A stretch of DNA of 64,000 bases from Strigamia acuminata. Lineage: Eukaryota. Positions 39,704 to 49,765 of this stretch are shown in pieces. The position numbers were made by a program, and so were the translations under genes. The number at the start of each line of letters is the position of its first letter. Within the stretch, counting starts at the first letter, position 1. The DNA lies in assembly GCA_949358305.1 (NCBI GenBank), contig OX442314.1:29760001-29824000 (forward strand). The letters are read 5' to 3'. The notes below the pieces were generated by a model, which saw only the letters and a list, made by a program, of their open reading frames with translations, was not told where the DNA came from and made no database searches.

Positions 39704-42700
39704 ATCGGTCGTTGGCTGCTTCTACAGGTGGCCCAGGTGATTGGATGGAGCCACCCAAACCAGCAGAAGTTGATGCTACTGTTGTGGCTGGTGCCCTTCC
39801 GAAAATGACAAATTTTATCATGTTGTCGCCACCCGAGTTCTTGGCTTCTAAAGAACCGAAGCTGATAATCAGGTTGCAGGACCGTTGTCGCCGCGATGCG
39901 CCCTTCGTTAAGATAGCTTGGGTGAACATCGAGTTTATAGCCCTAATGGATAGCGGAGCACAGACATGTATAATGACTATGCCGCTGTTCAAAAGGCTTT
40001 CCAAGGAAATTGGAGTGGAGATGGTTCCGATGGACGAGACGATTCGGACCGCGTCAAATCAAATTGAACGCGTCATTGGTTGTGTGCAAATTGCCGTCCG
40101 AGCTCCCTTGGCGGTAGTTTGCTTTACTTGTCTCATCATTGCGCAGGGGTCGCAGGAACTCCTCCTGGGGCTGGACTTCTGTAAGGCCGTTGGTTTATGC
40201 GTAGATCACGGCAATAACTATTGGTTTCTCCTGGGAGATGGAACGCGTCACCCCTTCCTGAATGAGGAGCAAGCTCGAGCCTCAGATCCAGTGGTCCTTT
40301 TCCCTCTAACCAAGGAACAACCCTCGTTGCCAGAGGGAGTTGTCGTCCGAGGCCCGCCTCTGTACAACTTGCCGGGAATGAGGAATCCGCCGGTAAAATT
40401 ACCAGAAAACCCAGCGGAACCCATTAGCTCGGTTAAGCAGGAGGTGAAGCCAGACGAGGGCACCCCTTCAGTTGAAGAAGAGGAGCCCGTGGTTACTAAG
40501 CCGCCGATCGGTGATGTGAACTGCGTTTTCCTGAGCAAGCGTGAATTTGAAGAAGAGTTGTTTGAGCCTCCGTATTCGGACAATCCCCACATTGTGAAGG
40601 TTGTTTTGGCTCGGAGGAACCCTGACTCTCAGCAGTGGACATTCATTTGGTCTCCCAGGAGGCGTGAAAGGGCGCGCAAGAGTATTGTGCGGATAACGCG
40701 TAAACCTGGAAAACGGACCATGTGTTTGAGCCAAATGCGTCGGGCAGTTAAATTGCGCAAGGCGAGGGTGAAGACGGCTTCTCGAAGCCCTTCGGTGGCC
40801 CTTACGGCTTCTCCTTTGGTGGGGGGCGGCGTGGGCAGCGTGGGGACTCCTCCTACTTTCCCTATAACAGAAGGTGTTGAGAGTACTCCTAGGCAGCATG
40901 ATATTAATTTTGTGCAATATATCCCGAATAGGGACCCGACCAAACTCACTTGGGTCTACGACCAATTGTGTAATCAGTTGGAGCCCAAACGCATAACTCA
41001 TCTAATGGATGCGTTGAAACCAGTTGCTCACATTTTCCGTGAGGAGCTGGGGCTCTGCAATAATACGCAATTTGAGGTGAATTTGAAGCCCGACTTTAGG
41101 CCGATTCATGTTCCGGTTCGTCCGGTGAATCCGGCAAAAAAGGACATTATCGACGCTTACATAGACCAGAAAATGGCACAAGGAGTAATAAGACGCTCCA
41201 AAAGTGACTGTGCTGTGGCGCCAGTTGTGGTCCCGAAGAAGGACGGGCGCTGGCGCTGCGCTATGGACTTTAGGCCGATAAATGCCCAAACCTTGCCCGA
41301 CGTTTATCCGCTCCCAGATATCGACAACATCTTTGCATATCTTGGTGGAGCGAAATGGTTTTCCATAATCGACGGAAGGGAAGCGTTCCATCAAATAGGG
41401 GTCCGACCTGGAGATGAACGATATCTCGCGTTCGTCACCCACAGGGGACTCTATGAGTATACGCGTATGCCCTTCGGTCCAATTAACGGGCCGGCCACCC
41501 TGCAACGCGCCATGAATCTTACATTGGCTGAACACCTCTACAAATTCGTCTTTGTCTACATCGACGATATTATAGTCTTTAGTAAGACCTTCGAGGAGCA
41601 TGTTGTTCACCTGCAAAAGGTGCTCTCGCTCCTCGACAACGCCGGTTTTACCATGAATGCCGGGAAGACTGAATTGTGTAAGAGGAGCCTTGAGGTTCTT
41701 GGCCATATCGTTGAAGAGGGAATTATCCGACCCAATCCAAAGAAGACAGACGCTATCCAAAAATACCCGGTGCCGACCAACCTCAAGGAGCTGCAACGCT
41801 TTAAGGGGATGGTCGGGTATTATGCGTCGTTCTTCCCCGGTTTTTCCAAGACTTGCGAGGTATTCCGTGTTCTGATGCGAAAGAATGCGCCTTGGGTGTG
41901 GAAGCCCGAGCACCAGGCGGCCTTTGAGTATTTGAAAAACCAGATTTCATTGTCTACATTGCATAGGAATTTCCCCGATTGGACGAAACCCTATATTCTC
42001 CAAACAGACGCTAGTTATTCGGGGCTTGGTGCCGTCTTGATGCAAATCAACAATGACGGTGTACGCGTTCCCATTGCCTTCGCGTCGAGAGCCCTAAACA
42101 AGGCGGAGAAGAATTATATGACAACAGAAATCGAATGCCTGGCCGCTGTGTGGGCTGTAAAGCGCTTCAGGGCGTATCTCGAGCTAATGGACTTTTACCT
42201 CGAGAGTGACCATAAGTCCTTGCTGTGGCTCTTCACCCAACGAGAGCCCAAGGGTCGATTGGCGCGCTGGATTCTTTCTTTGTCGGAATATCGTTTTACG
42301 TTCCTACACTGCAGTGGAACAAAGAATCGAGTTGCTGACGCATTGAGCCGCGCCCCTGTCGACCCACCAATCGAGTTGGAAGATGAGGACTGCCCAGCCT
42401 TGGACGACACATGTTATTGTGCGTTCTTTGACGATTACAGGGATTGGCCAGTGCCAAAGATGGAGGAGTTGGAAGATTTGACGCATTTCAAACCATCAAA
42501 TGCTAAAGTTGTTCGAGCTGTCACAATGCGTCGTCAAAAACGCATCCTGCTCGCCAGGTTGGCTGGGGCGGCTCTGGGGTCGGTGGATATTAGTCCGGTG
42601 GACAGCAACCCTCCAAAAAGGAAGAGGGGACGTCCACGCAAGCACCCGATCGCCGGGGGACCAACACCAGTTGGGGCTACTCCGGTGAAAAGGAGGAGGG

Positions 42701-44736
42701 GTCGACCAAGGAAACATCCGGTCATCCAAAACCCAGTGATTGATGGGCTTGTTTCTGACGACGAGGAGTCTGAGGCAATTTCAAACCCTGCTGGGGATCC
42801 CCCCGCAAAGAGGAAAAGGGGCCGCCCGAGGAAGCACCCAATTATTGAGGACCCTGCGGAGCGTCTGGCCTCCGAGGAAGAAGAGTCGGGGGCGGTTTCC
42901 TTGCCTGGGGATGTCTCTGTGAAAAGGAAGAGGGGGCGACCGAAGAAGGTTGTGGAGAAGAGACCTGTTGGCAGGCCCAAAAAGGCTCCCATAATCTTCG
43001 ACCGTGCTTCCGACTCCGAAGGCAGTGAAATGTCCCTTTTAAGCGGGGAGCCGCCGGGCGACACGGATTCTGACGAGTTCCAGATTCCGCACTTGCCACT
43101 GGATTTGGGGCCTGCGACGCAGACACGGCGACAATTGGCCTCTCCAACACCCTCCGTCGACCCGGAGTTGTCCCAGCACTCCGACCACTCCTCCGATGGC
43201 AGTTTCTACTCACTTCCCGCGGACCACCCGACAATTGAGATACTTCCAACGCAGAAAGCCATTAAAGAAGCCCAAAACGCCGATGAATGGTCAAAAGGAC
43301 TAATTTCGTATCTCAGTTCGAAAAGTCTTCCGCCGGGTGAAGAAGAGGCTGAAAAGGTCAAGAAACAAGCAATCGACATGGCTTTATACAGAGGCTTGCT
43401 TTGCAAGTTCCCTCCAACCAAAATTGGTCAGCGGGCTCCTACGCGTCGGATATATCTTCCACAGCCGCTACGCTACAAGTATTTCCACTGTCTACATTTC
43501 CCGCCTACCTCCGGCCATTTAGGCATCGAAAAGACAATGATGCGTTTAAAAACACGCGTGTTTTGGCCGGGGATGAAAAAAGATGTGACGGAATGGATCA
43601 AGGTGTGCGAGTCCTGTCAAAGGGCCAAGGTGGAACGAAGACTTCCGTACGGCGAGATGGAAACTGCGAGGCCAAGGAGGCTATTTCGAACTATCTATGT
43701 CGATTATTTTGGAAAGAAGCTGAAATCGACTGGCGGTCACTGTTACGCGTTTGTCATGGTTGACGCTGCCAGTCGTTGGGTGGATGTACGTCTTACAGAA
43801 AGGGCTGACGTCTCCACCACAATTAAACAGCTTAAGAAGTTCACTTATCGATGGGCTTACCCCAAGACCATCATTAGTGATAATGCCCCCACTTTCCGCT
43901 CTGCCAAATTCCAAGCGCAGTGTGCGGAAATGGGAATTGTCAATAAGTACCTGTCTGTGTACCATCCGCAGGGGAACTTGGCGGAAAGACTCAACCAATC
44001 GCTCAAAACATGCATCCTTGCGTATATTGATGAACACACGCGTTGGGATCGACATATTGGTTCATTTATTCTCGCCATCAACTCTGCATACCAGACGTCA
44101 CTTAAATTTTCACCATATATGATGGTTACGGGACAGGAAGCACGGTTTCCAGGCGACATGGACTCGGATACGGACGACGGAGAACCACTACCACCAGACG
44201 AGGCTCAATTTCTCCATCGATATTTGCTACGCGTTCGAGAAGAAGCTAAGAAGAACTTGGAGGCCGCCAACTTACGCCACAAGAGGTGGTATGACCGGAA
44301 ACGGCGGCCACACGCGTTCAAACCTGGAGATTGGGTCACCGTCAAAAATCGGACTTTGTCGTCGACCGACAAACAGGTAAGTTCGGGTTTCCAACACCGA
44401 ACCGAGGGCGTTTACCTGCTGCATCGTCTTCTTGGACCGAATACCGTGCTTTTAATGGACGAGAATGGGAACATTTCACAGCCGATTCACGTGGCGGATC
44501 TTCGCCACTGGTATCAGGCGCCAGAACCAGAACCGGAAGTTCCCGACGTCGCCAGTGACCTGGAAGATGAAGAATCTGGACTGGAAATGGAAAATTTGAC
44601 ACCAGAAGACCAAGACGACATCTCCGCCCGTGTTGCTCAATTTCAGACAGAAATTCGCTCCATTTGTATCAACTTTGCGAAGGAACGATGTTTACGCGTC
44701 AAAACATCGGAAAACACGGCAGAAGTCGTCTCCTAA
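39607..44736 (+). CDS. pol: Pol polyprotein of element A (protease, RT, RNase H, AT-hook linker, integrase), in the -1 frame relative to gag
   Basis: ALMDSGA protease; RMPFG and YIDD RT; LQTDAS...EIECLA RNase H; H..SGHLG...CESC zinc finger; YVD/ISDN/AER DDE core; intact 1709-codon frame. Confidence 0.97.
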   Translation: MSPLLQALAVSGKRPGSVDQPVREGGGPETQVNRSLAASTGGPGDWMEPPKPAEVDATVVAGALPKMTNFIMLSPPEFLASKEPKLIIRLQDRCRRDAPFVKIAWVNIEFIALMDSGAQTCIMTMPLFKRLSKEIGVEMVPMDETIRTASNQIERVIGCVQIAVRAPLAVVCFTCLIIAQGSQELLLGLDFCKAVGLCVDHGNNYWFLLGDGTRHPFLNEEQARASDPVVLFPLTKEQPSLPEGVVVRGPPLYNLPGMRNPPVKLPENPAEPISSVKQEVKPDEGTPSVEEEEPVVTKPPIGDVNCVFLSKREFEEELFEPPYSDNPHIVKVVLARRNPDSQQWTFIWSPRRRERARKSIVRITRKPGKRTMCLSQMRRAVKLRKARVKTASRSPSVALTASPLVGGGVGSVGTPPTFPITEGVESTPRQHDINFVQYIPNRDPTKLTWVYDQLCNQLEPKRITHLMDALKPVAHIFREELGLCNNTQFEVNLKPDFRPIHVPVRPVNPAKKDIIDAYIDQKMAQGVIRRSKSDCAVAPVVVPKKDGRWRCAMDFRPINAQTLPDVYPLPDIDNIFAYLGGAKWFSIIDGREAFHQIGVRPGDERYLAFVTHRGLYEYTRMPFGPINGPATLQRAMNLTLAEHLYKFVFVYIDDIIVFSKTFEEHVVHLQKVLSLLDNAGFTMNAGKTELCKRSLEVLGHIVEEGIIRPNPKKTDAIQKYPVPTNLKELQRFKGMVGYYASFFPGFSKTCEVFRVLMRKNAPWVWKPEHQAAFEYLKNQISLSTLHRNFPDWTKPYILQTDASYSGLGAVLMQINNDGVRVPIAFASRALNKAEKNYMTTEIECLAAVWAVKRFRAYLELMDFYLESDHKSLLWLFTQREPKGRLARWILSLSEYRFTFLHCSGTKNRVADALSRAPVDPPIELEDEDCPALDDTCYCAFFDDYRDWPVPKMEELEDLTHFKPSNAKVVRAVTMRRQKRILLARLAGAALGSVDISPVDSNPPKRKRGRPRKHPIAGGPTPVGATPVKRRRGRPRKHPVIQNPVIDGLVSDDEESEAISNPAGDPPAKRKRGRPRKHPIIEDPAERLASEEEESGAVSLPGDVSVKRKRGRPKKVVEKRPVGRPKKAPIIFDRASDSEGSEMSLLSGEPPGDTDSDEFQIPHLPLDLGPATQTRRQLASPTPSVDPELSQHSDHSSDGSFYSLPADHPTIEILPTQKAIKEAQNADEWSKGLISYLSSKSLPPGEEEAEKVKKQAIDMALYRGLLCKFPPTKIGQRAPTRRIYLPQPLRYKYFHCLHFPPTSGHLGIEKTMMRLKTRVFWPGMKKDVTEWIKVCESCQRAKVERRLPYGEMETARPRRLFRTIYVDYFGKKLKSTGGHCYAFVMVDAASRWVDVRLTERADVSTTIKQLKKFTYRWAYPKTIISDNAPTFRSAKFQAQCAEMGIVNKYLSVYHPQGNLAERLNQSLKTCILAYIDEHTRWDRHIGSFILAINSAYQTSLKFSPYMMVTGQEARFPGDMDSDTDDGEPLPPDEAQFLHRYLLRVREEAKKNLEAANLRHKRWYDRKRRPHAFKPGDWVTVKNRTLSSTDKQVSSGFQHRTEGVYLLHRLLGPNTVLLMDENGNISQPIHVADLRHWYQAPEPEPEVPDVASDLEDEESGLEMENLTPEDQDDISARVAQFQTEIRSICINFAKERCLRVKTSENTAEVVS
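39640..39690 (+). promoter_or_regulatory. -1 ribosomal frameshift signal of A
   Basis: G_GGA_AAC in the gag frame at 39640-39646, 5-nt spacer, 10-bp stem GGGTCCGTCG (39652-39661) / CGGCGGACCC (39681-39690). Confidence 0.85.
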
Positions 44737-44829
44737 TTGTGTCAAAGTGTTATTTTCGTTTCTTTATTGTATTTGGAAATTATTGTTAATTTTTACTTGT
44801 TTTACTTGTTAATTTCGAGTTTTTGTATT

Positions 44830-46577
44830 TATGACGGTTTATAAGTGCTATTTATTAATAACACGGCCGAATTTTAAGTGTTTTTTGCGAAACCCGCATT
44901 TGTCAATGCTCCGAGTCGCCACTAGATGGCGCGATTATAATTCAGCGGTAAATTCGAATTGCGAGTTAAGAAAACTGGTAAATAAATATAAGAATATATT
45001 TATTTGTATGAAACGACACTTTATTAGGATTAATATAAATATATATTAATAATTATTGTTCACACTAAGTGATGGGAATCTCTAGTTCAGCAGAAATGGA
45101 GATTTGATAATCCATCGATCAACCGATCGATGTGATTGGTGGATCCATTTCCGGTCCTGGGTATCCAGTTCCGGTTGTGGTGTGAATTAGCATATTGCTC
45201 CTCCGTATCCACTTCCGGCGATACGGGATTGGAGGGATTCGTGGAACCCATGTTCCAATTGGTTGATTGGATTAATCTCTAATCCAGTCAGGTTATATAA
45301 ACCCAAACAACCGGCCATCCGGCGGCTCTGTTTGATTATTTCTGTTTGGTATTATTACTTAAGAAATTTGATTCGTTGTCCATTAAAAAACCTTTTGGTT
45401 CTTTGTTGATTTATTCACAAAGAACCGCGGCATGATTCTACCGAATCATGCAACCACCGGCAATTGAAGCCGACGTATTGGATTGTTATGTTGCATACAT
45501 GTTTCAAGTTACGGTCTCGCCGAGGAGAACCTGCCTTCTGTGCAATTCAGTATCCTCCGGGCAGGATTAAGTGGTCATTTTCGGTATGAACGCATCTCGT
45601 AACCGCAAGTAAGCACCGGAACTGTTGAGAGTTGGTTCCTTCACCTGTTGGTGCAAAAGCAGTCTGTTTCACAGTAACCACGAGTAGCACCAAGTGTTTG
45701 GCAAGCTGATTCTCATGGTATTTGGTGCCAAAGCAGTCGTTTTGTTATTAGTACCGCGAAGGGCTAAACTGCTGTGCGGAGCCGCGAGCTATCGACTCCT
45801 GTGTACGTGATACCGTCAATCGCTAGACGAACGACCGTGTTGCGGCGCAGGGGACGCTTGATACCGTTCTGCATGGCAAGGCGTTTTCTATCGATGGCAA
45901 TTGTGTGTTGCGACGGGAAGTCTAACATTTATCCTTTACGTTTATAACAGAACAATATTAACTTGGCCACAAGTTAATTAATCAAAGTCAGGAAGACTTA
46001 AAAAACAAGAATACATTGAACTCAATGTGACAAATAAGTTGACGACAACTTATCGATGAAATATCCAGTAGAAAAACTCACAACACTTATGAATTAAATA
46101 TAATTCATAATTGGAATATTGATAAGTAAATGAATACATTTACTTACACCAATATCCTCCCAAAGTTGTGGCGGTGCAGACAAAGTCAACCGCAATGCTC
46201 AGATCATTCGATTTATCGACGTGCGATAATATTACACAGCGAACCAAGGAACCAGCGAAGCCGTATCGGACTCCAGGACACAGCCATCCGGCTTAGATGA
46301 CATCTATAATCAGGTCGAGCGATGGGGAAACCGCTCCCATCTCCCAGACCCGTAATGATATTATTTTAGGGCCAGTTGGCCAATTCTTTGTATAGTTTAA
46401 TAGTTGATTTAAACTTGCCAAATGTCGGCATTAGTCCTATGTATAATTTAGCTCATTTCATATTGTTTGCCAACAATAAACTGTCTTGTATTTATCTCGT
46501 ATTGTATTCACTGTTTATTTATTGCGATCTCTTCCCGGTACCATTGTTAAATGGGAGTTGTGGTCGTCACCGTCACA
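44830..46577 (+). repeat. 5' LTR of element B (1748 bp)
   Basis: Direct repeat of 57054-58801 at constant offset 12224; TATGACGG...CCGTCACA; TATATAAA at 45294; AATAAA at 46475. Confidence 0.96.
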
Positions 46578-46579
46578 CG

Positions 46580-46597
46580 TGGAGGTCCCACCGAGAT
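46580..46597 (+). promoter_or_regulatory. Primer-binding site, tRNA-Gln
   Basis: TGGAGGTCCCACCGAGAT is complementary to the eukaryotic tRNA-Gln 3' end; 2 nt after the LTR. Confidence 0.9.
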
Positions 46598-47406
46598 TAG
46601 GTTGCAATTAATTCGATTGAATTGTAAAAGTGAATTTTTTTGAGATAAATAAGGCTAAAAAATTTGTAAATAAATTTTACAAATTACAGTTTTAGAAAGT
46701 ACATTCTGTTTTCTCGAAGAAAATGAATAATACAATTCTGGACGAAGGAATTGCAACCAGGAATTCTAAATCTATCACACGATGATTGAGATAGATTTAA
46801 TCGAAGTATTTAAAAAACTAAAGCTTCGGAGAATTTGATGGATATAAAACACAGAATAGTTATATTTTGATATTTACTTTATTTTTCCGTGAAAAAGTAA
46901 AAGTAAGACAAGTTTAAACATGTTTAACGAATCGCAAGACAAAGAAAACTTGCAGAATATGGAACTTCAAAGTAAAATCCAGTATTAAGGAGAAGATATA
47001 ATAATTGGAAACAATTGACAAAGGTTGAAAGTGAATTTATTTTATTTTTATGAAATATATAATTTTGGGAATATTTACAAATAATCTCTCGAAGGAATTT
47101 TATTTTATCGGTAAAGACTAAAAGTCGAAAAGAACGGACTTAGTAGAGAACTGATGACGAAAATGATACGTTCGTTATACAATCAGTTGATAACGAACCA
47201 GCCAATCAGGAACTAGGTGATCTAAGGATCCCCAGCCCCTTGCTATTAAAGGAGAGCCAGATCAGATTGAGATCATTCGCTTCCAGACCAGACCAGCAGA
47301 CGTGTTTCAGTAACCATCCTGACTGCGCCATCCGATTCTAGTTACGATTCGAAGTTTTCCACCGCTAAAATAGTAAAAAAGACCGATTCAATTATATTTT
47401 TATAAA

Positions 47407-49743
47407 ATGGATCCAAACAATCTTCCTAACGAAGAAAAAGTGGCTGAAGAAAAGGCCGTAGAAGAAATAGTTAGCTTGGATTCAAGTTATGTAAAACTTT
47501 GTGACCAAACGGAAATGATTCCCGATGAACTCACACAGTTTTGTACGCATTACGAACTAGATAGAACTCAGTTCAAAACCATAATCGAAGCTTCTGAATT
47601 TGTGACGAAGCGGGCGTTACGTAACATACGTATTAATCCAACTCCGGAAAAACGAGCAGAACTTTCGAAGGAGAGTTCGGCGAACCATAATTTTGGAAAG
47701 GACCCAACCCCTTCACCAAAAGATCTGCCTGAAGAAAACAGATCACGACCTAAAACTCCACAACGTAAGTTGGGAGATCAAGCAAGAATTAAAACTCCGT
47801 CGGTTCGTAACCAAGATATTCGAGAGTTATTTCGAACATCAAGCAAGGAATCGCTTGATCAGTCCAGTTTAGGAAATAGAACTCCTCACTCCGGCAACGC
47901 CAGTTGCCACAATACTCCAAGTATTTCGGAGATAGGAGGATCCAATCTTTCAACTTTTCAACCTGAAAATGCTAAAAAGCAGCCCAATCCACATATTTAT
48001 ACGGAGAATGGGACGAGACATTTTGCCAAACAAACCCCTAGAGGGCGAGGCAATAAATCCGCCATTCGACGGAAATTATCTCCACTACCATCTCCAGTCT
48101 TACCTCAAACTCGACAAGAACAATTGAGATTAGACGAAGTGGAAAAGGAACGAATTAGGCTGGAAGCAATTAATCAAAAACAGATTAACGACGAAAAGAT
48201 TCGCCAAGATAAACTTGAAAAAGAAGTTGTCAATCAAAACGAAGTTCGTAAGTCGATAGACAAAAACGATAAAATTCTAATTAATCAATTACGGGCTCAA
48301 TGGCGACAGGAACACGATGAAAAGTTCCAAAAGCAACAAGATCAATACAATAAGAAGTGGGCGGAAGTGAACAGAATTGAAGACAATCAACGCAAGCGGG
48401 AGAAAACCTTACAGGAAAGCATCCGGCTAAATCTCGCGGCGTCCACTCGGGCTAGCCATGGTAGTGAACCCCGAGACCAGACAAATCCGTCACGTGCATC
48501 TACCGATGACATTCCAAGCTCACATTTCTCGGCAGAAAGTTCTACAGGAACTAGACTTCCCTCTGACGGAACTAATATTTCATTTGACTATATTTTGAAA
48601 ATGCAACAAAATATGGCCGCCCAATTCCAAAAACAATTGGATAGTCGAATAGATACATTCGTTCAAACTCAACAAACAACTGGGCCGCAACGATCTAATA
48701 ATCCAGGACCCAGTAAAGTCTTTTTCAAAGGACAAGACCTTCCAGTTTTCGATGGAAAACAGGAGGATATAGATAAATTTTTATCAGTAGCTAAAACTGT
48801 AGCTATTTCAAAGGGATTAACTCTGGACGAAATGGTTAATCAAGGTATTCCCACCTATTTGTCCGGATTAGCCCAACAATGGTATGACGAGAATAAAACC
48901 AAGTTTACCAACTGGGAAACCTTCGTAGAATTATTTCGTGAAGAATTCGACATGATTCCAACTACTCGACTCCGAAATCTACGAAAAGTAATCCAAGGAG
49001 ACGATGAACCTTTATATGAATTTCTAGTCAGATTCACTAAAGCCCAAGGATCGTACTCCGAAAGAGGAAATGTTGCCACACTTTTCGACAACTTGAATTG
49101 GACAAGTTACAATAGATTAATCGATCGAAATCTATACAGGAGCGATTCAGTGGATAAAATCTTTCAATTCGTACGAACGAATAGAGCACTCTTTGAACCC
49201 CAAAGAATCCGTACAGAGAATTCCAAGGAAATTGATAAAGTGGTATCTAACAACCAGAAGTATTCTAAAGATACCAAAAATACGAGACCTTCGGCTCGAT
49301 CCACTCAAATGATGGAAATAGAGCCGGAAGAAGAAATAATGGAAGTCAATGAGTTGACAGAGAATAATGTATCAATGGATAATTTATTATGTGCCATGTC
49401 GGAAAATCAGACAGGGAAATGTTTTCATTGTAAACAACCAGGTCATTTCAAAAGAGAATGTCCTCTGCTTCCAAAGCGAAAATTTAGCAATAATTTCCCT
49501 GGAAATAATAATTCCAATAACAATAGCGCTAATCAGCAGCCGAACGAATTTAAGCGACCACGCCAAAATTGGGTAACTGCCGAAGCTATTGATCAAAAAA
49601 TGGAAGAGTTAAAAACTGATATGAATAACAGTATGCAAACAACGATAAGTAAGACAGTGTCGGATTTATTTAGTAAATTCTTGGACCCGAAGAACGCTAC
49701 TACGACACCAATTACTGAAACCCCACCGGTTCCAAAAAACTAG
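47407..49743 (+). CDS. gag: Gag of element B (778 aa) with CCHC zinc knuckle
   Basis: Capsid-like LPVFDG...YLSGLAQQWY...NWETFVELFREEF...QGDDEPLYEF; knuckle CFHCKQPGHFKREC; coiled-coil N-terminal half. Confidence 0.95.
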   Translation: MDPNNLPNEEKVAEEKAVEEIVSLDSSYVKLCDQTEMIPDELTQFCTHYELDRTQFKTIIEASEFVTKRALRNIRINPTPEKRAELSKESSANHNFGKDPTPSPKDLPEENRSRPKTPQRKLGDQARIKTPSVRNQDIRELFRTSSKESLDQSSLGNRTPHSGNASCHNTPSISEIGGSNLSTFQPENAKKQPNPHIYTENGTRHFAKQTPRGRGNKSAIRRKLSPLPSPVLPQTRQEQLRLDEVEKERIRLEAINQKQINDEKIRQDKLEKEVVNQNEVRKSIDKNDKILINQLRAQWRQEHDEKFQKQQDQYNKKWAEVNRIEDNQRKREKTLQESIRLNLAASTRASHGSEPRDQTNPSRASTDDIPSSHFSAESSTGTRLPSDGTNISFDYILKMQQNMAAQFQKQLDSRIDTFVQTQQTTGPQRSNNPGPSKVFFKGQDLPVFDGKQEDIDKFLSVAKTVAISKGLTLDEMVNQGIPTYLSGLAQQWYDENKTKFTNWETFVELFREEFDMIPTTRLRNLRKVIQGDDEPLYEFLVRFTKAQGSYSERGNVATLFDNLNWTSYNRLIDRNLYRSDSVDKIFQFVRTNRALFEPQRIRTENSKEIDKVVSNNQKYSKDTKNTRPSARSTQMMEIEPEEEIMEVNELTENNVSMDNLLCAMSENQTGKCFHCKQPGHFKRECPLLPKRKFSNNFPGNNNSNNNSANQQPNEFKRPRQNWVTAEAIDQKMEELKTDMNNSMQTTISKTVSDLFSKFLDPKNATTTPITETPPVPKN

Positions 49744-49765
49744 TGGCGGGGGTCCTCGAGCCCCC
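49734..49765 (+). promoter_or_regulatory. -1 ribosomal frameshift signal of B
   Basis: A_AAA_AAC (49734-49740) directly before the gag TAG; 7-nt spacer; stem GGGGGT/GCCCCC at 49748-49765. Confidence 0.85.

Noticed and set aside
41002..41913. 303-aa antisense ORF and other ORFs overlapping gag, pol and ORF3
   Set aside because: Shadow frames of GC-rich coding sequence with no recognisable motifs.
44831..45049. 72-aa ORF repeated at 57055 and other small LTR ORFs
   Set aside because: Repetition reflects LTR duplication; the ATG exists only because of the TG>TA change and the frame is broken in C.
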